A stretch of DNA of 63,366 nt from an uncultured Bacteroidales bacterium (GTDB lineage Bacteria; Bacteroidota; Bacteroidia; Bacteroidales; JAIOZK01): positions 1-63,366 of the forward strand of contig CAZJYD010000008.1 in the NCBI GenBank assembly GCA_964550205.1, written 5' to 3'. Below, one piece after another: positions 54,799 through 63,366 of this stretch (position 1 is the first letter of the stretch; every line of letters starts with the position of its first letter). The position numbers and the translations under genes are program-made. The notes under the pieces are model-generated. The model was not told the origin of the DNA. It worked only from the letters and a program-made list of their open reading frames with translations, and made no database searches.

Positions 54799-55347
54799 AT
54801 GACAAATATACAAGATGAACCGGCATATTCCAAAAATGTATTGGAATTTATTGCAGTTGCTAATGAATATTGTCTTTTTATAACTGAAATGGGCAGCTAT
54901 TCAACTGAGGAAGCATTGGATTATTTGAATAAGTTATTACCCTTGCTATATATAAAAGGGGCTATGCTACCTCATGTTAAAGTTGATAACCCCGATGCTA
55001 ATGAACGCTTTGTTACCGAAGAACAATATCAGAATGTTTTTAATGATTTCAGAAAACTTTTTTCAAATATCGATGAGTATTGGTTTATTGATTTGGAAAG
55101 CCCTGATGAGAATGAACCTGTAAAAGCAAGTCTTTCAGAAAATTTTGCAGATACCTACCAGGATATAAACGATTTTCTTTTATTATATCAAAAAAATTCA
55201 AGAGAATCAAAACAGAATGCAGTATATGAATGTAAAAAGCTATTTAAAAACAATTGGGGAAGTAAAGTACTTAATGCACTAAAAATGATTCATCATTATA
55301 TATTTGTTAATAATGATGATGAACCTCAAGATTTCCCAATTGAATAA
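54799..55347 (+). CDS. hypothetical acidic protein
   Basis: 182-aa ORF with no recognised catalytic motif. Confidence 0.4.
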   Translation: MTNIQDEPAYSKNVLEFIAVANEYCLFITEMGSYSTEEALDYLNKLLPLLYIKGAMLPHVKVDNPDANERFVTEEQYQNVFNDFRKLFSNIDEYWFIDLESPDENEPVKASLSENFADTYQDINDFLLLYQKNSRESKQNAVYECKKLFKNNWGSKVLNALKMIHHYIFVNNDDEPQDFPIE

Positions 55348-55452
55348 TTTTAACAGAAAATAAACTTTTACTAATAATAACTGTTTTCCGGTAACGAAAA
55401 ATTTTATAATATTGTAAGTTTAATTGGTCTAAATAAAAAATAGTGAATTTGG

Positions 55453-57975
55453 ATGACTTTGCTTGATTTACAGGAGGGTGAAAAAGGAATAATTACCAAG
55501 ATCAGGGGTCGGGGAGCTTTTAGGAAAAGGATTATGGAGATGGGCTTCATTACCGGTAAGGAAGTTATTGTTGGTAAAAAAGCCCCTTTAAAGAATCCTG
55601 TTGAATATACGGTATTAGGATATAATGTATCTCTAAGAAATAGTGAAGCAGATTTAATAGAAGTTGTCAGATATATTAATGATAATAAAATAAAGGTTAA
55701 TGGGTTCAGAGGTATAATAGATAGTGAAATTATAAAAAAGAAGCAAAAGTTAAAGAGTAATGTAATAAATGTTGCATTAATAGGAAATCCTAACTGTGGT
55801 AAAACATCCTTGTTTAATTTTGCATCGCATTCACATGAAAAAGTAGGTAATTATAGCGGTGTGACCGTTGAGGCCAAAAAAGCAAAATTAAAAACCAAGG
55901 GATATACACTCAATATTATTGATCTTCCCGGAACATATTCACTTACCAGCTATTCTCCTGAAGAACTATTTGTAAGGGATTATTTATTCGATGAAATACC
56001 TGATGTTGTTGTTAATGTTGTTGATGCGTCTAACCTGGAACGTAATTTATATCTTACCACTCAGTTGATAGATCTTGATATTAAGGTTGTTATGGCACTT
56101 AATATGTATGATGAATTGCTTAAAAAAGGAGATAAGTTCGAATATGAGGTTCTGGGCAAAATGATAGGTATTCCTATAGTTCCTACTGTTGGGTCAAAAG
56201 GTAAAGGCATAAAATATTTAATCAATACTATTATTGATGTTTTTGAAGACAGAGAACCGACCGTAAGACATGTTCATATTAATTATGGTGAGGACTTGGA
56301 AAATGCAATAAAAAACATTCAGGACAAAATTAAGATAGAGGAAAACAAAAAAATCACAAATATAGTTTCTCCAAGGTTTATGGCAATTAAGCTTCTGGAA
56401 AAGGACCGGGAGGAAGAAAAGCGTGTCAGAAGTTGTGTAAATTATGATGAAATTATCAATACTGTTCAAGATGAGCTAAGATTGATAGAGAAAGACTACC
56501 TCGAAAATCCCGAATCGGTTGTTACAGATCAGAGATATGGTTTTATTGATGGAGCCCTGAAAGAAACCTTTATACCATCTAAAAAAGATATAAGGATACT
56601 TAGTCGCACTGTTGACAAAATTTTGACAAATAAGTATCTGAGTTATCCTGTATTTATCATTCTGATGTTATTGATATTCCAATCTACCTTTACTTTGGGT
56701 GAATATCCCAAGATGTGGATTGAACAATCTGTAGGGTTTCTGGGTCAGGTAGTATCAAATAATATGCAGGAAGGCCTTTTAAGAAGTTTATTAATAGACG
56801 GGGTTATTGATGGAGTAGGAGGAGTTATTGTTTTTCTTCCAAATATATTAATATTGTTTTTCTTTATTTCAATAATGGAAGACACAGGCTATATGGCCAG
56901 AGTTGCTTTTATTGTTGATAAGTTGATGCATAAAATAGGTTTGCATGGCACTTCATTTATCCCTATGCTAATGGGATTTGGTTGTAATGTTCCTGCAATT
57001 ATGGCAACAAGAACAATCGGTGGATGGAACGACAGACTGGTAACAATGCTTATTAATCCTTTTATGTCGTGCAGTGCAAGATTACCTGTTTATGTGCTTG
57101 TAATAGGTGCGATTTTCCACCGAAATCATGGTCTTATTTTATTTTCAATATATGCTATAGGGATAATAATGGCTATTATAGTGGCACTGATATTTAAGAA
57201 AACCTTGTTTAAAACAAAAGAAATACCTTTTGTCATGGAGCTACCCCCATACAGGATGCCCACAGCAAGATCAGTATTACGACATACATGGTTTAAAGGT
57301 TCTCAGTATCTTAAAAAAATGGGGGGAGTTATTTTAATTGCTTCAATAATTATCTGGGCATTAGGTTATTTTCCCCGCAACAAAGAAATAATGGAACAGT
57401 ATGATAATAAGATAAAAAACACCAAACAATATTATACTTCAGCATTATTGCCATTAAATAAGAAGGAAGACTCCACAAAATATCAGAAGCTGCTTAGAGA
57501 GCGAGAAGATACTATAAATAAAATACAATCTGAGAAAGAAAAAACAAAACAGGAAAATTCTATAATTGGTAAAGTTGGTAAGTTCATAGAGCCGGTTATT
57601 TATCCTCTTGGCTTTGACTGGCGCATGGGAATTAGTTTATTATCTGGTATAGCAGCGAAAGAAATAGTTGTGAGTACTATGGCAGTTTTATATCTTGAAA
57701 ATACAGAAAATATTAATACCGAAGGTCTGGCGCAAAAGCTAAGGGATGAACGATATGAATCAGGCAAACGAAAAGGAGAAACTATTTTCACTCCTCTTGC
57801 TGCTTATTCTTATCTTTTGTTCATATTAATTTATTTTCCCTGCATTGCCGTAATTGTAGCAGTTAAAAAAGAATCAGGAGGTTGGAAATGGGCTATATTC
57901 CTTGCGGTTTATACAACTTCTTTGGCCTGGATAGTATCATTCTCTGTTTATCAAATCGGAAGCTTACTATCATAA
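55453..57975 (+). CDS. feoB: ferrous iron transporter, FeoA-FeoB fusion
   Basis: N-terminal FeoA-like SH3 segment, G1 GNPNCGKTSLFN, DLPGTYSL, polytopic C-terminal permease. Confidence 0.92.
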   Translation: MTLLDLQEGEKGIITKIRGRGAFRKRIMEMGFITGKEVIVGKKAPLKNPVEYTVLGYNVSLRNSEADLIEVVRYINDNKIKVNGFRGIIDSEIIKKKQKLKSNVINVALIGNPNCGKTSLFNFASHSHEKVGNYSGVTVEAKKAKLKTKGYTLNIIDLPGTYSLTSYSPEELFVRDYLFDEIPDVVVNVVDASNLERNLYLTTQLIDLDIKVVMALNMYDELLKKGDKFEYEVLGKMIGIPIVPTVGSKGKGIKYLINTIIDVFEDREPTVRHVHINYGEDLENAIKNIQDKIKIEENKKITNIVSPRFMAIKLLEKDREEEKRVRSCVNYDEIINTVQDELRLIEKDYLENPESVVTDQRYGFIDGALKETFIPSKKDIRILSRTVDKILTNKYLSYPVFIILMLLIFQSTFTLGEYPKMWIEQSVGFLGQVVSNNMQEGLLRSLLIDGVIDGVGGVIVFLPNILILFFFISIMEDTGYMARVAFIVDKLMHKIGLHGTSFIPMLMGFGCNVPAIMATRTIGGWNDRLVTMLINPFMSCSARLPVYVLVIGAIFHRNHGLILFSIYAIGIIMAIIVALIFKKTLFKTKEIPFVMELPPYRMPTARSVLRHTWFKGSQYLKKMGGVILIASIIIWALGYFPRNKEIMEQYDNKIKNTKQYYTSALLPLNKKEDSTKYQKLLREREDTINKIQSEKEKTKQENSIIGKVGKFIEPVIYPLGFDWRMGISLLSGIAAKEIVVSTMAVLYLENTENINTEGLAQKLRDERYESGKRKGETIFTPLAAYSYLLFILIYFPCIAVIVAVKKESGGWKWAIFLAVYTTSLAWIVSFSVYQIGSLLS

Positions 57976-58211
57976 ACCTGTTTGTTTGATTGGTTACTTA
58001 ATTGTTAATAAAATTATGCTTTTTTAAGGTTACTTTTCATGAAGAAAAGGGAATAAATTTCCACAAATAATAATTATTCCAGTATTTGGAAACCATAATA
58101 GTTTTTAATGTTTTATAAGGTGTTGATAAATAAACTAATATGGGGTGCTAATAATCTGGCATGGTCTTTTAATTGTAATTAAAGCAGGTTTAACAAAAAA
58201 ATAAGTCATTC

Positions 58212-58286
58212 ATGGCGAAAAAAGGAGAGAACAAATTAAACATATTGATTGTAGAGGATAACTTGATAAATCGAAAGATGTTTTAA
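58212..58286 (+). pseudogene. 24-codon stub resembling the start of a response-regulator receiver domain
   Basis: MAKKGENKLNILIVEDNLINRKMF then stop. ILIVEDN is the canonical beta1-DD start of receiver domains. Lies 48 nt upstream of the Hpt ORF. Confidence 0.3.
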
Positions 58287-58333
58287 GCATTTATTAAAAA
58301 ATTAATTAGTTTATGAATTAATACTGTTGTATT

Positions 58334-58675
58334 ATGATAGATAGAGAGAAATTTATTGAGAATTTCCGGTCTTTTGATAAAGAAATAGTATTGGAAATCA
58401 TTGATATTTTTATTAATGAATATCCGGAAAGAATGAAAGAGCTAAAAAACAATGTTAATGAAGAAGATTTTGATTCTCTTCGTTTTAATGCTCATAGTAT
58501 GAAAGGCGTAGTTGCTAATTTTGTGGCTGACAAACCCAAAACAATTGCAAAACAGCTGGAAGAAAATGGTAAAAATAAAATTAAAGATGGCAATCTTGAT
58601 TTGCTGAGAGATCTTAAGGAGTCTCTTGATATAATGATTGAAGAGCTTGGTGAACTGAGAAAGAACTATATCTAA
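58334..58675 (+). CDS. Hpt (histidine phosphotransfer) domain protein
   Basis: FNAHSMKGVVANF phospho-His motif. 113-aa helical protein. Confidence 0.7.
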   Translation: MIDREKFIENFRSFDKEIVLEIIDIFINEYPERMKELKNNVNEEDFDSLRFNAHSMKGVVANFVADKPKTIAKQLEENGKNKIKDGNLDLLRDLKESLDIMIEELGELRKNYI

Positions 58676-59715
58676 ATGTTTGATTGTACTTTGCCGGTTT
58701 TATCCAGCCTGTTTAATCCTTTAATCGCCTGTTCGTAATTTGTTTTAAATTCAAGCGATTTCCGATAATCTGATCGGGCTTTATCATAATTACCTGTTAG
58801 CTCGTAACAATAACCCCTGTTGTAATAGGCTTTGGCATATTCAGGATCTATTTCAATAGCATTTGTAAAATGTTCAATAGCTTTTAAGAATTTTTCAAGA
58901 TAAACAAGATTAATGTATCCCATGTTATAATGAGCATATTTGAAATCAGGATTTACATCAATGATTTTTTGATAGTTCTCAATTGCCTTTTCTGCATTAT
59001 ATATATTTTGATAATATATTGCCAGCCCATATAATGCTTCAATGCTCTGCGGATTTATATTAAGTGCATTATTAAAGTAATCAACTGCAATAGGATCTTC
59101 TTTTCTGCTAAAGATAATTCCTAACTGAACATGTGCGTCATATGTATTTTGATCTTTATCGATTGATATACGAAAATTTTCAATTGCACGGCTTGTATCT
59201 CCACCTTCAAGATAAGCATAACCTTTTATCAGATATGGCGTTGGATTGTTCTTTTCTTTTTTTATGGCCTTATTAAGGTAATTTATAGCATCCTCATATT
59301 TTTTAAGTATAAAGTTTAATTCTCCCAATTTCAACAACGCATTAATGTTTTCTTTGTCTAGCTGATAAGCTTTCTTCAGTGAACTTTCACATTTAACACT
59401 ATTGCTCATTGCCAGATAAATATCTGATAGTGTAATAAAATAAGTTGGATTTTTATTGTCAAGCTGAATTGCTTGGTTTATATCGGAAAAGGCTTTATTG
59501 ATATTCTTATTTCTGATATGATATTTAGCCCTTAAATTATAAAGATCGGGATTTGTTGAATCCTGGGAAATTTCTTTGTTGAGTTCGGCTATATTTGCAA
59601 GTTTTATTGATTCATTAATTTGTTGTTCTTTTTTTCCCTTTTTCTCAGGAGCACAAGAATAAAACGCAATTAAAAGAATAATTGACCATATTATTAATCG
59701 AACCAAATACTTCAT
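58672..59715 (-). CDS. TPR-repeat lipoprotein
   Basis: Lipobox AFYSC followed by about eight 34-residue TPR-like repeats (A..Y..AI..DP.N pattern). Confidence 0.8.
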   Translation of the reverse strand: MKYLVRLIIWSIILLIAFYSCAPEKKGKKEQQINESIKLANIAELNKEISQDSTNPDLYNLRAKYHIRNKNINKAFSDINQAIQLDNKNPTYFITLSDIYLAMSNSVKCESSLKKAYQLDKENINALLKLGELNFILKKYEDAINYLNKAIKKEKNNPTPYLIKGYAYLEGGDTSRAIENFRISIDKDQNTYDAHVQLGIIFSRKEDPIAVDYFNNALNINPQSIEALYGLAIYYQNIYNAEKAIENYQKIIDVNPDFKYAHYNMGYINLVYLEKFLKAIEHFTNAIEIDPEYAKAYYNRGYCYELTGNYDKARSDYRKSLEFKTNYEQAIKGLNRLDKTGKVQSNI

Positions 59716-59752
59716 TTCTTTTTTTGAATATTAGAACGAATAATAATAATGA

Positions 59753-60778
59753 TTATTCTGATTTTTTAATTGAATCAAGTATTTTGTTTTCAAGTTCTTC
59801 GGCAAGTTCAGGATTATCTTTAAGCAAGGTTTTTACTGCATCACGACCCTGGCCTAATTTTGTATCTCCGTAGCTAAACCAGGAACCGCTTTTCTTAATG
59901 ATATTTTTTTCAACACCAAGATCTATTATTTCGCCATATTTTGATATTCCCTCTCCATATATAATATCAAATTCGGTTTTCCTGAATGGTGGTGCAATTT
60001 TATTTTTTACAACTTTAACCCTTACACGGTTACCAGTAGCATCTTCCCCTTCTTTTAACTGGGATATTTTCCTTATGTCTATCCGTACAGATGCATAGAA
60101 TTTGAGAGCATTTCCACCGGTTGTTATTTCAGGGCTGCCGAACATAACTCCTATTTTTTGACGTAATTGGTTAATAAAAATGCAACATGCTCCTGTTTTA
60201 CTAATAGAGGCTGTAAGTTTTCTGAGGGCTTGAGACATAAGTCTTGCCTGGATTCCCATTTTAGAATCACCCATGTCGCCTTCCAGTTCGCTTCGTGGAA
60301 CGAGTGCTGCGACAGAGTCTATAACAATTACATCCAGTGCACCGGAACGGATCAAATTATCAGTTATTTCCAAAGCTTGTTCACCATTATCCGGCTGGGA
60401 CATTAATAAGTTTTCTATATCAATACCTAACTTTTTAGCGTAAAATCTGTCAAAGGCATGCTCGGCATCAATAAATGCAGCTATACCGCCTTTCTTTTGT
60501 GATTCTGCTATTGCATGAAGGGCAAGTGTCGTTTTTCCTGATGCTTCGGGACCGTATATCTCAACAACTCTTCCCTTTGGATAACCTCCGACACCAAGAG
60601 CCATATTAAGCCCTATTGAACCGGAAGATATGGATTCAACATCTGTTACCGCCTCATCACCGAGTTTCATTATCGTGCCTTTTCCATAGCTTTTTTCAAG
60701 ATTGCCAAGGGCCAAATCCAGTGCTTTAAGCTTTTGGGCTTTGATTTTATCGTCTGTTTTATTGTTATCTTTTGCCAT
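59753..60778 (-). CDS. recA: recombinase RecA
   Basis: Walker [30 protein letters not shown]2 region. Full length. Confidence 0.97.
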   Translation of the reverse strand: MAKDNNKTDDKIKAQKLKALDLALGNLEKSYGKGTIMKLGDEAVTDVESISSGSIGLNMALGVGGYPKGRVVEIYGPEASGKTTLALHAIAESQKKGGIAAFIDAEHAFDRFYAKKLGIDIENLLMSQPDNGEQALEITDNLIRSGALDVIVIDSVAALVPRSELEGDMGDSKMGIQARLMSQALRKLTASISKTGACCIFINQLRQKIGVMFGSPEITTGGNALKFYASVRIDIRKISQLKEGEDATGNRVRVKVVKNKIAPPFRKTEFDIIYGEGISKYGEIIDLGVEKNIIKKSGSWFSYGDTKLGQGRDAVKTLLKDNPELAEELENKILDSIKKSE

Positions 60779-60985
60779 GTTTAATGATATTTGTGTTGTC
60801 TATATTTTGATAAATATTCTTATCAATAAATATTATCAGTATAAAAATAAACGATTATTTTCATTTAATGTTAATCATTAAGACTAATCTTATTCCCTTT
60901 TTGTCTGGTTTCAATATAATACAAATATATCCATTTCAATTGGTAAACAACCGGGATTGGTTACTGAGTTATTAACAAGGAATAA

Positions 60986-61630
60986 TTATTTTAATGAATT
61001 GTTCTGGAAATATTTACAAAGATCAGTAAGACCGCAATTATTACATAAAGGTTTTCTTGCTTTGCAAACATATCTTCCGTGAAGTATAAACCAATGGTGT
61101 GCCAAAGGGATCTTTTCATCAGGTATATATTTCACAAGCTGTTCCTCAGCCTGTAAGGGGTTTTTTGCATTTGTTGTTAACCCTAACCTGGCAGTTACCC
61201 GGAAAACATGTGTGTCAACAGCAAGTGTGGGTTTATTATAAAGAACGGATGCTATTACATTGGCTGACTTTCTTCCGATACCAGGTAGCTTCTGAAGTTG
61301 ATTAACATCAGGGGGAACCTTGCTATTAAAATCATTAACCAAAACATTGGCCATGCCAATTAAGTGTTTTGTTTTGTTATTGGGATATGAACAGCTTTTA
61401 ATTAATTCATAAACTGTTTCCTTTTTGGCTCTGGCCAAGCTCTCTGCATTTGGAAACTTTTTAATAAATGAAGGAGTGATCATATTTACTCTTCTGTCCG
61501 TACATTGTGCAGATAAAATCACAGCTACAATCAATTGATAAGGTGAAGTATAGCCTAATTCAGTTTCAGCATATGGATTATGCTTTGAAAAATAGTTAAT
61601 TATCTGTTGGAATCTTTCTTTTTTGGTCAA
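60986..61630 (-). CDS. nth: endonuclease III
   Basis: HhH-GPD LPGIGRKSANV, catalytic-Lys region, Fe-S cluster C-x6-C-x2-C-x5-C (CKARKPLCNNCGLTDLC). Confidence 0.92.
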   Translation of the reverse strand: MTKKERFQQIINYFSKHNPYAETELGYTSPYQLIVAVILSAQCTDRRVNMITPSFIKKFPNAESLARAKKETVYELIKSCSYPNNKTKHLIGMANVLVNDFNSKVPPDVNQLQKLPGIGRKSANVIASVLYNKPTLAVDTHVFRVTARLGLTTNAKNPLQAEEQLVKYIPDEKIPLAHHWFILHGRYVCKARKPLCNNCGLTDLCKYFQNNSLK

Positions 61631-61655
61631 TTTGTTTTTTTGTGTAAAAATAAAA

Positions 61656-61692
61656 AATCCCGGTTTTTATCAATTACAAATAAACCGGGATT
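61656..61692 (-). terminator. rho-independent-type hairpin with T-tracts on both strands
   Basis: aatcccggttt / aaaccgggatt 11-bp arms with a 15-nt loop. On the minus strand a tttttattttt run follows. Lies after the ORF ending at 61713. Confidence 0.55.
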
Positions 61693-61712
61693 GTTTTTTA
61701 ATAAAAATGTTT

Positions 61713-61904
61713 TTAATTCATAATGGTATTCACAGCACCAAACATTTTTGTTTTTAGTACAACCAGAGACCTGGAATAATTCAACAAATTATTTATTACT
61801 CTTTCACTTGGTCCATGAGTGTACTCAATATTGCCGAAGCTTTTTGTCTCTTTGTTTTGTGAATGATTTTGGTTGTTAAAAGTAAATTGGTTTTTCATAG
61901 GCAA
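61713..61904 (-). CDS. small hypothetical protein downstream of the ECF sigma factor
   Basis: 63-aa ORF co-directional with the sigma gene. No TM segment or zinc-finger motif seen. Coding status uncertain. Confidence 0.25.
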   Translation of the reverse strand: MPMKNQFTFNNQNHSQNKETKSFGNIEYTHGPSERVINNLLNYSRSLVVLKTKMFGAVNTIMN

Positions 61905-61982
61905 TTCAATAGATTAACAAAATGTTTTATGAATTGCAAACGAAGAACCAATAGTTTTTATTTCACTGTTTAATAACTTAAA

Positions 61983-62570
61983 CTATGGAGTTAAAATAAT
62001 CTTTCTTTCGTTTATGAGCTTTCTCAAATTTATCAAGGCATATCTCATTCTTCCAAGTGCAGTATTGATACTTACATTTGTTTTTTCTGCAATGTCTTTA
62101 AAACTCATATCAGAATAATGGCGCATGAACAATACTTCTTTTTGCTCCCGAGGTAAATATTCAATAAGCTTTCGTACATCCTCATGTATCTGGTCGGTAA
62201 CCATTCTTTCTTCTACTGATGGATCGACAAACTTTATTGTGTCGAATATATCATAATCATCATTATTGTTTTCAACAACAGGTATTCTTTTTGATTTTCT
62301 AAAATGATCAATTATCAAATTGTGTGCTATACGCATAACCCATTGAATGAACTTGCCTTCTTCTTTATACGAGCCTGCTCTTATTGTATTAATTACCTTA
62401 ATGAATGTGTCCTGGAATATATCATCAGCAAGATCTTTATCCTTAACAATCATAAGGATATATGCAAATACTTTGTTCTTGTGACGGGTGATTAATTTTT
62501 CAAGGCTGGTTTGATTACCTTGTAAATACCTCTTTATTAGCTCTTTGTCGCTAATTACTTCGGCTTTCAT
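61983..62570 (-). CDS. ECF-type RNA polymerase sigma-70 family factor
   Basis: Region 2 DDIFQDTFIKV...WVMRIAHNLIIDHFR. Region 4 HTH SFKDIAEKTNVSINTALGRMRYAL. Confidence 0.88.
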   Translation of the reverse strand: MKAEVISDKELIKRYLQGNQTSLEKLITRHKNKVFAYILMIVKDKDLADDIFQDTFIKVINTIRAGSYKEEGKFIQWVMRIAHNLIIDHFRKSKRIPVVENNNDDYDIFDTIKFVDPSVEERMVTDQIHEDVRKLIEYLPREQKEVLFMRHYSDMSFKDIAEKTNVSINTALGRMRYALINLRKLINERKIILTP

Positions 62571-62580
62571 AGTGCCTCCC

Positions 62581-62649
62581 TTTTATTTATTGTTCTTTAT
62601 TAAAAGGGTAGATATCTACTCGATAATCCTCCTGTTTTTATTTATTGTT
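62581..62649. repeat. 14-bp direct repeat ttttatttattgtt x2 bracketing a perfect 12-bp palindrome gtagatatctac
   Basis: Repeats at 62581-62594 and 62636-62649, palindrome at 62608-62619, all immediately upstream of the sigma-factor ATG (62570, minus strand). Confidence 0.7.
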
Positions 62650-62745
62650 AATAATATAATATCAATTATTATGCAAATATAACCAAATATTTATAAAAAG
62701 CAACTTTATGCAATTTTTTCATTATTATTTTAACACAATTTATAA

Positions 62746-63366
62746 TTATTCAAATCTTATAGTTATATCTTCCAAAGCATAATTCACAGCAGCTTCGCAA
62801 TGTATTTGTAGTGTATCGAAAAGTCTAATCGAAGTATCTTTTTGCCTGATAATTAACGGAATTTCCGTGCATCCAAGAATAATACCTTCTGCTCCTTTTT
62901 TCCTGAAAGTATTAATGGTAGCCTTAAAGAATTGCTTTGTTTCATTTATGAATTCCCCTATAGCTAATTCTTTGTATATTTTGTCATGAATGAGGTCAAT
63001 TTGGCATTCATCCGGGATCAGGCATTTAATTCCATAATTACTAAGGCTATTTCTATAGAAATCGGCTTGCATTGTGTATCTTGTTCCGAGTAATCCTACT
63101 ATTTTTATATTATTAGAGTAAATAGCCTTAGCTGTCTCTTCAGCTATGTGGATAAGTGGTATAGATATGTGCCTCTGTATTTCTTCAGCTGCTATATGTA
63201 AAGTATTTGCACATAATATAATGCAAGCTGAACCACTTTTTTGTAAGTTTTTAGAAATAGTAATAAGTTTTTTGGTAGAAATATCCCAGCCGGATTTATT
63301 TGTTGTATTGAAAAATTCTTCGAAATTTAGCGAATACATGATAAGTTTTGCTGAATTTCTTCCACC
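62746..63366 (-). CDS. aspartate/glutamate racemase family protein, 5' end outside the window
   Basis: The two catalytic-Cys blocks ILCANTLH and ILGCTEIPL. The reading frame stays open upstream of the listed ATG to the window edge (GGRNSAKLIMYS), as expected for a missing N-terminal ~40 aa. Confidence 0.8.
   Translation of the reverse strand, partial: GGRNSAKLIMYSLNFEEFFNTTNKSGWDISTKKLITISKNLQKSGSACIILCANTLHIAAEEIQRHISIPLIHIAEETAKAIYSNNIKIVGLLGTRYTMQADFYRNSLSNYGIKCLIPDECQIDLIHDKIYKELAIGEFINETKQFFKATINTFRKKGAEGIILGCTEIPLIIRQKDTSIRLFDTLQIHCEAAVNYALEDITIRFE

Noticed and set aside
59682-60406. Plus-strand ORFs of 63-79 aa (59682, 59898, 60167)
   Set aside because: All lie antisense within recA or its flank, and recA is unambiguous.
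1-63366. Search for rRNA, tRNA, CRISPR arrays, transposases, integrases, or phage and defence genes
   Set aside because: No regularly spaced repeat array, no cloverleaf-like GC-rich ~75-nt segment, and no ORF with DDE, tyrosine-recombinase or phage-like motifs was seen. Every long ORF has a metabolic or housekeeping assignment.

Overview
This is an AT-rich, Bacteroidota-like chromosomal segment, judged from TAnnTTTG-type -7 boxes, a FeoA-FeoB fusion and tightly packed or overlapping genes. I recognised no rRNA, tRNA, CRISPR array, transposase or integrase. (1) 0.1-5.1 kb holds nucleotide-sugar genes: ugd, UDP-xylose synthase, rfbD and a phosphoglucomutase. (2) 5.2-53.7 kb is a ~48.5 kb flexirubin-type lipid-pigment supercluster. 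It has an aryl-polyene (APE) type II FAS-like core: 4 ACPs, two paralogous KS-CLF pairs, further KSs, hot-dog dehydratases, FabG, a PaaK-like ligase and a tyrosine ammonia-lyase. It also has ape-like envelope and anchoring genes (LolA-like, lipoproteins, GT2, LPLAT-type acyltransferases, MMPL exporter) and a dialkylresorcinol darA-darB operon. Several further modules do not fit the described pathway: three B12-binding radical SAM enzymes plus a truncated fourth; a second DarB-like KAS III with a degenerate triad, in an operon with two crotonases, a thioesterase and a PPTase; a duplicated 'small HTH protein + BtrH-like' cassette; a membrane-anchored C45 Ntn-type acyltransferase/hydrolase; an OMT-sulfotransferase-radical SAM operon; and a 1277-aa MMPL-acyltransferase-methyltransferase fusion. 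(3) 53.8-63.4 kb holds housekeeping genes: feoAB, an Hpt protein, a TPR lipoprotein, recA, nth, an ECF sigma factor and a partial aspartate racemase. All functional calls come from reading motifs in the translations; no database search was run.
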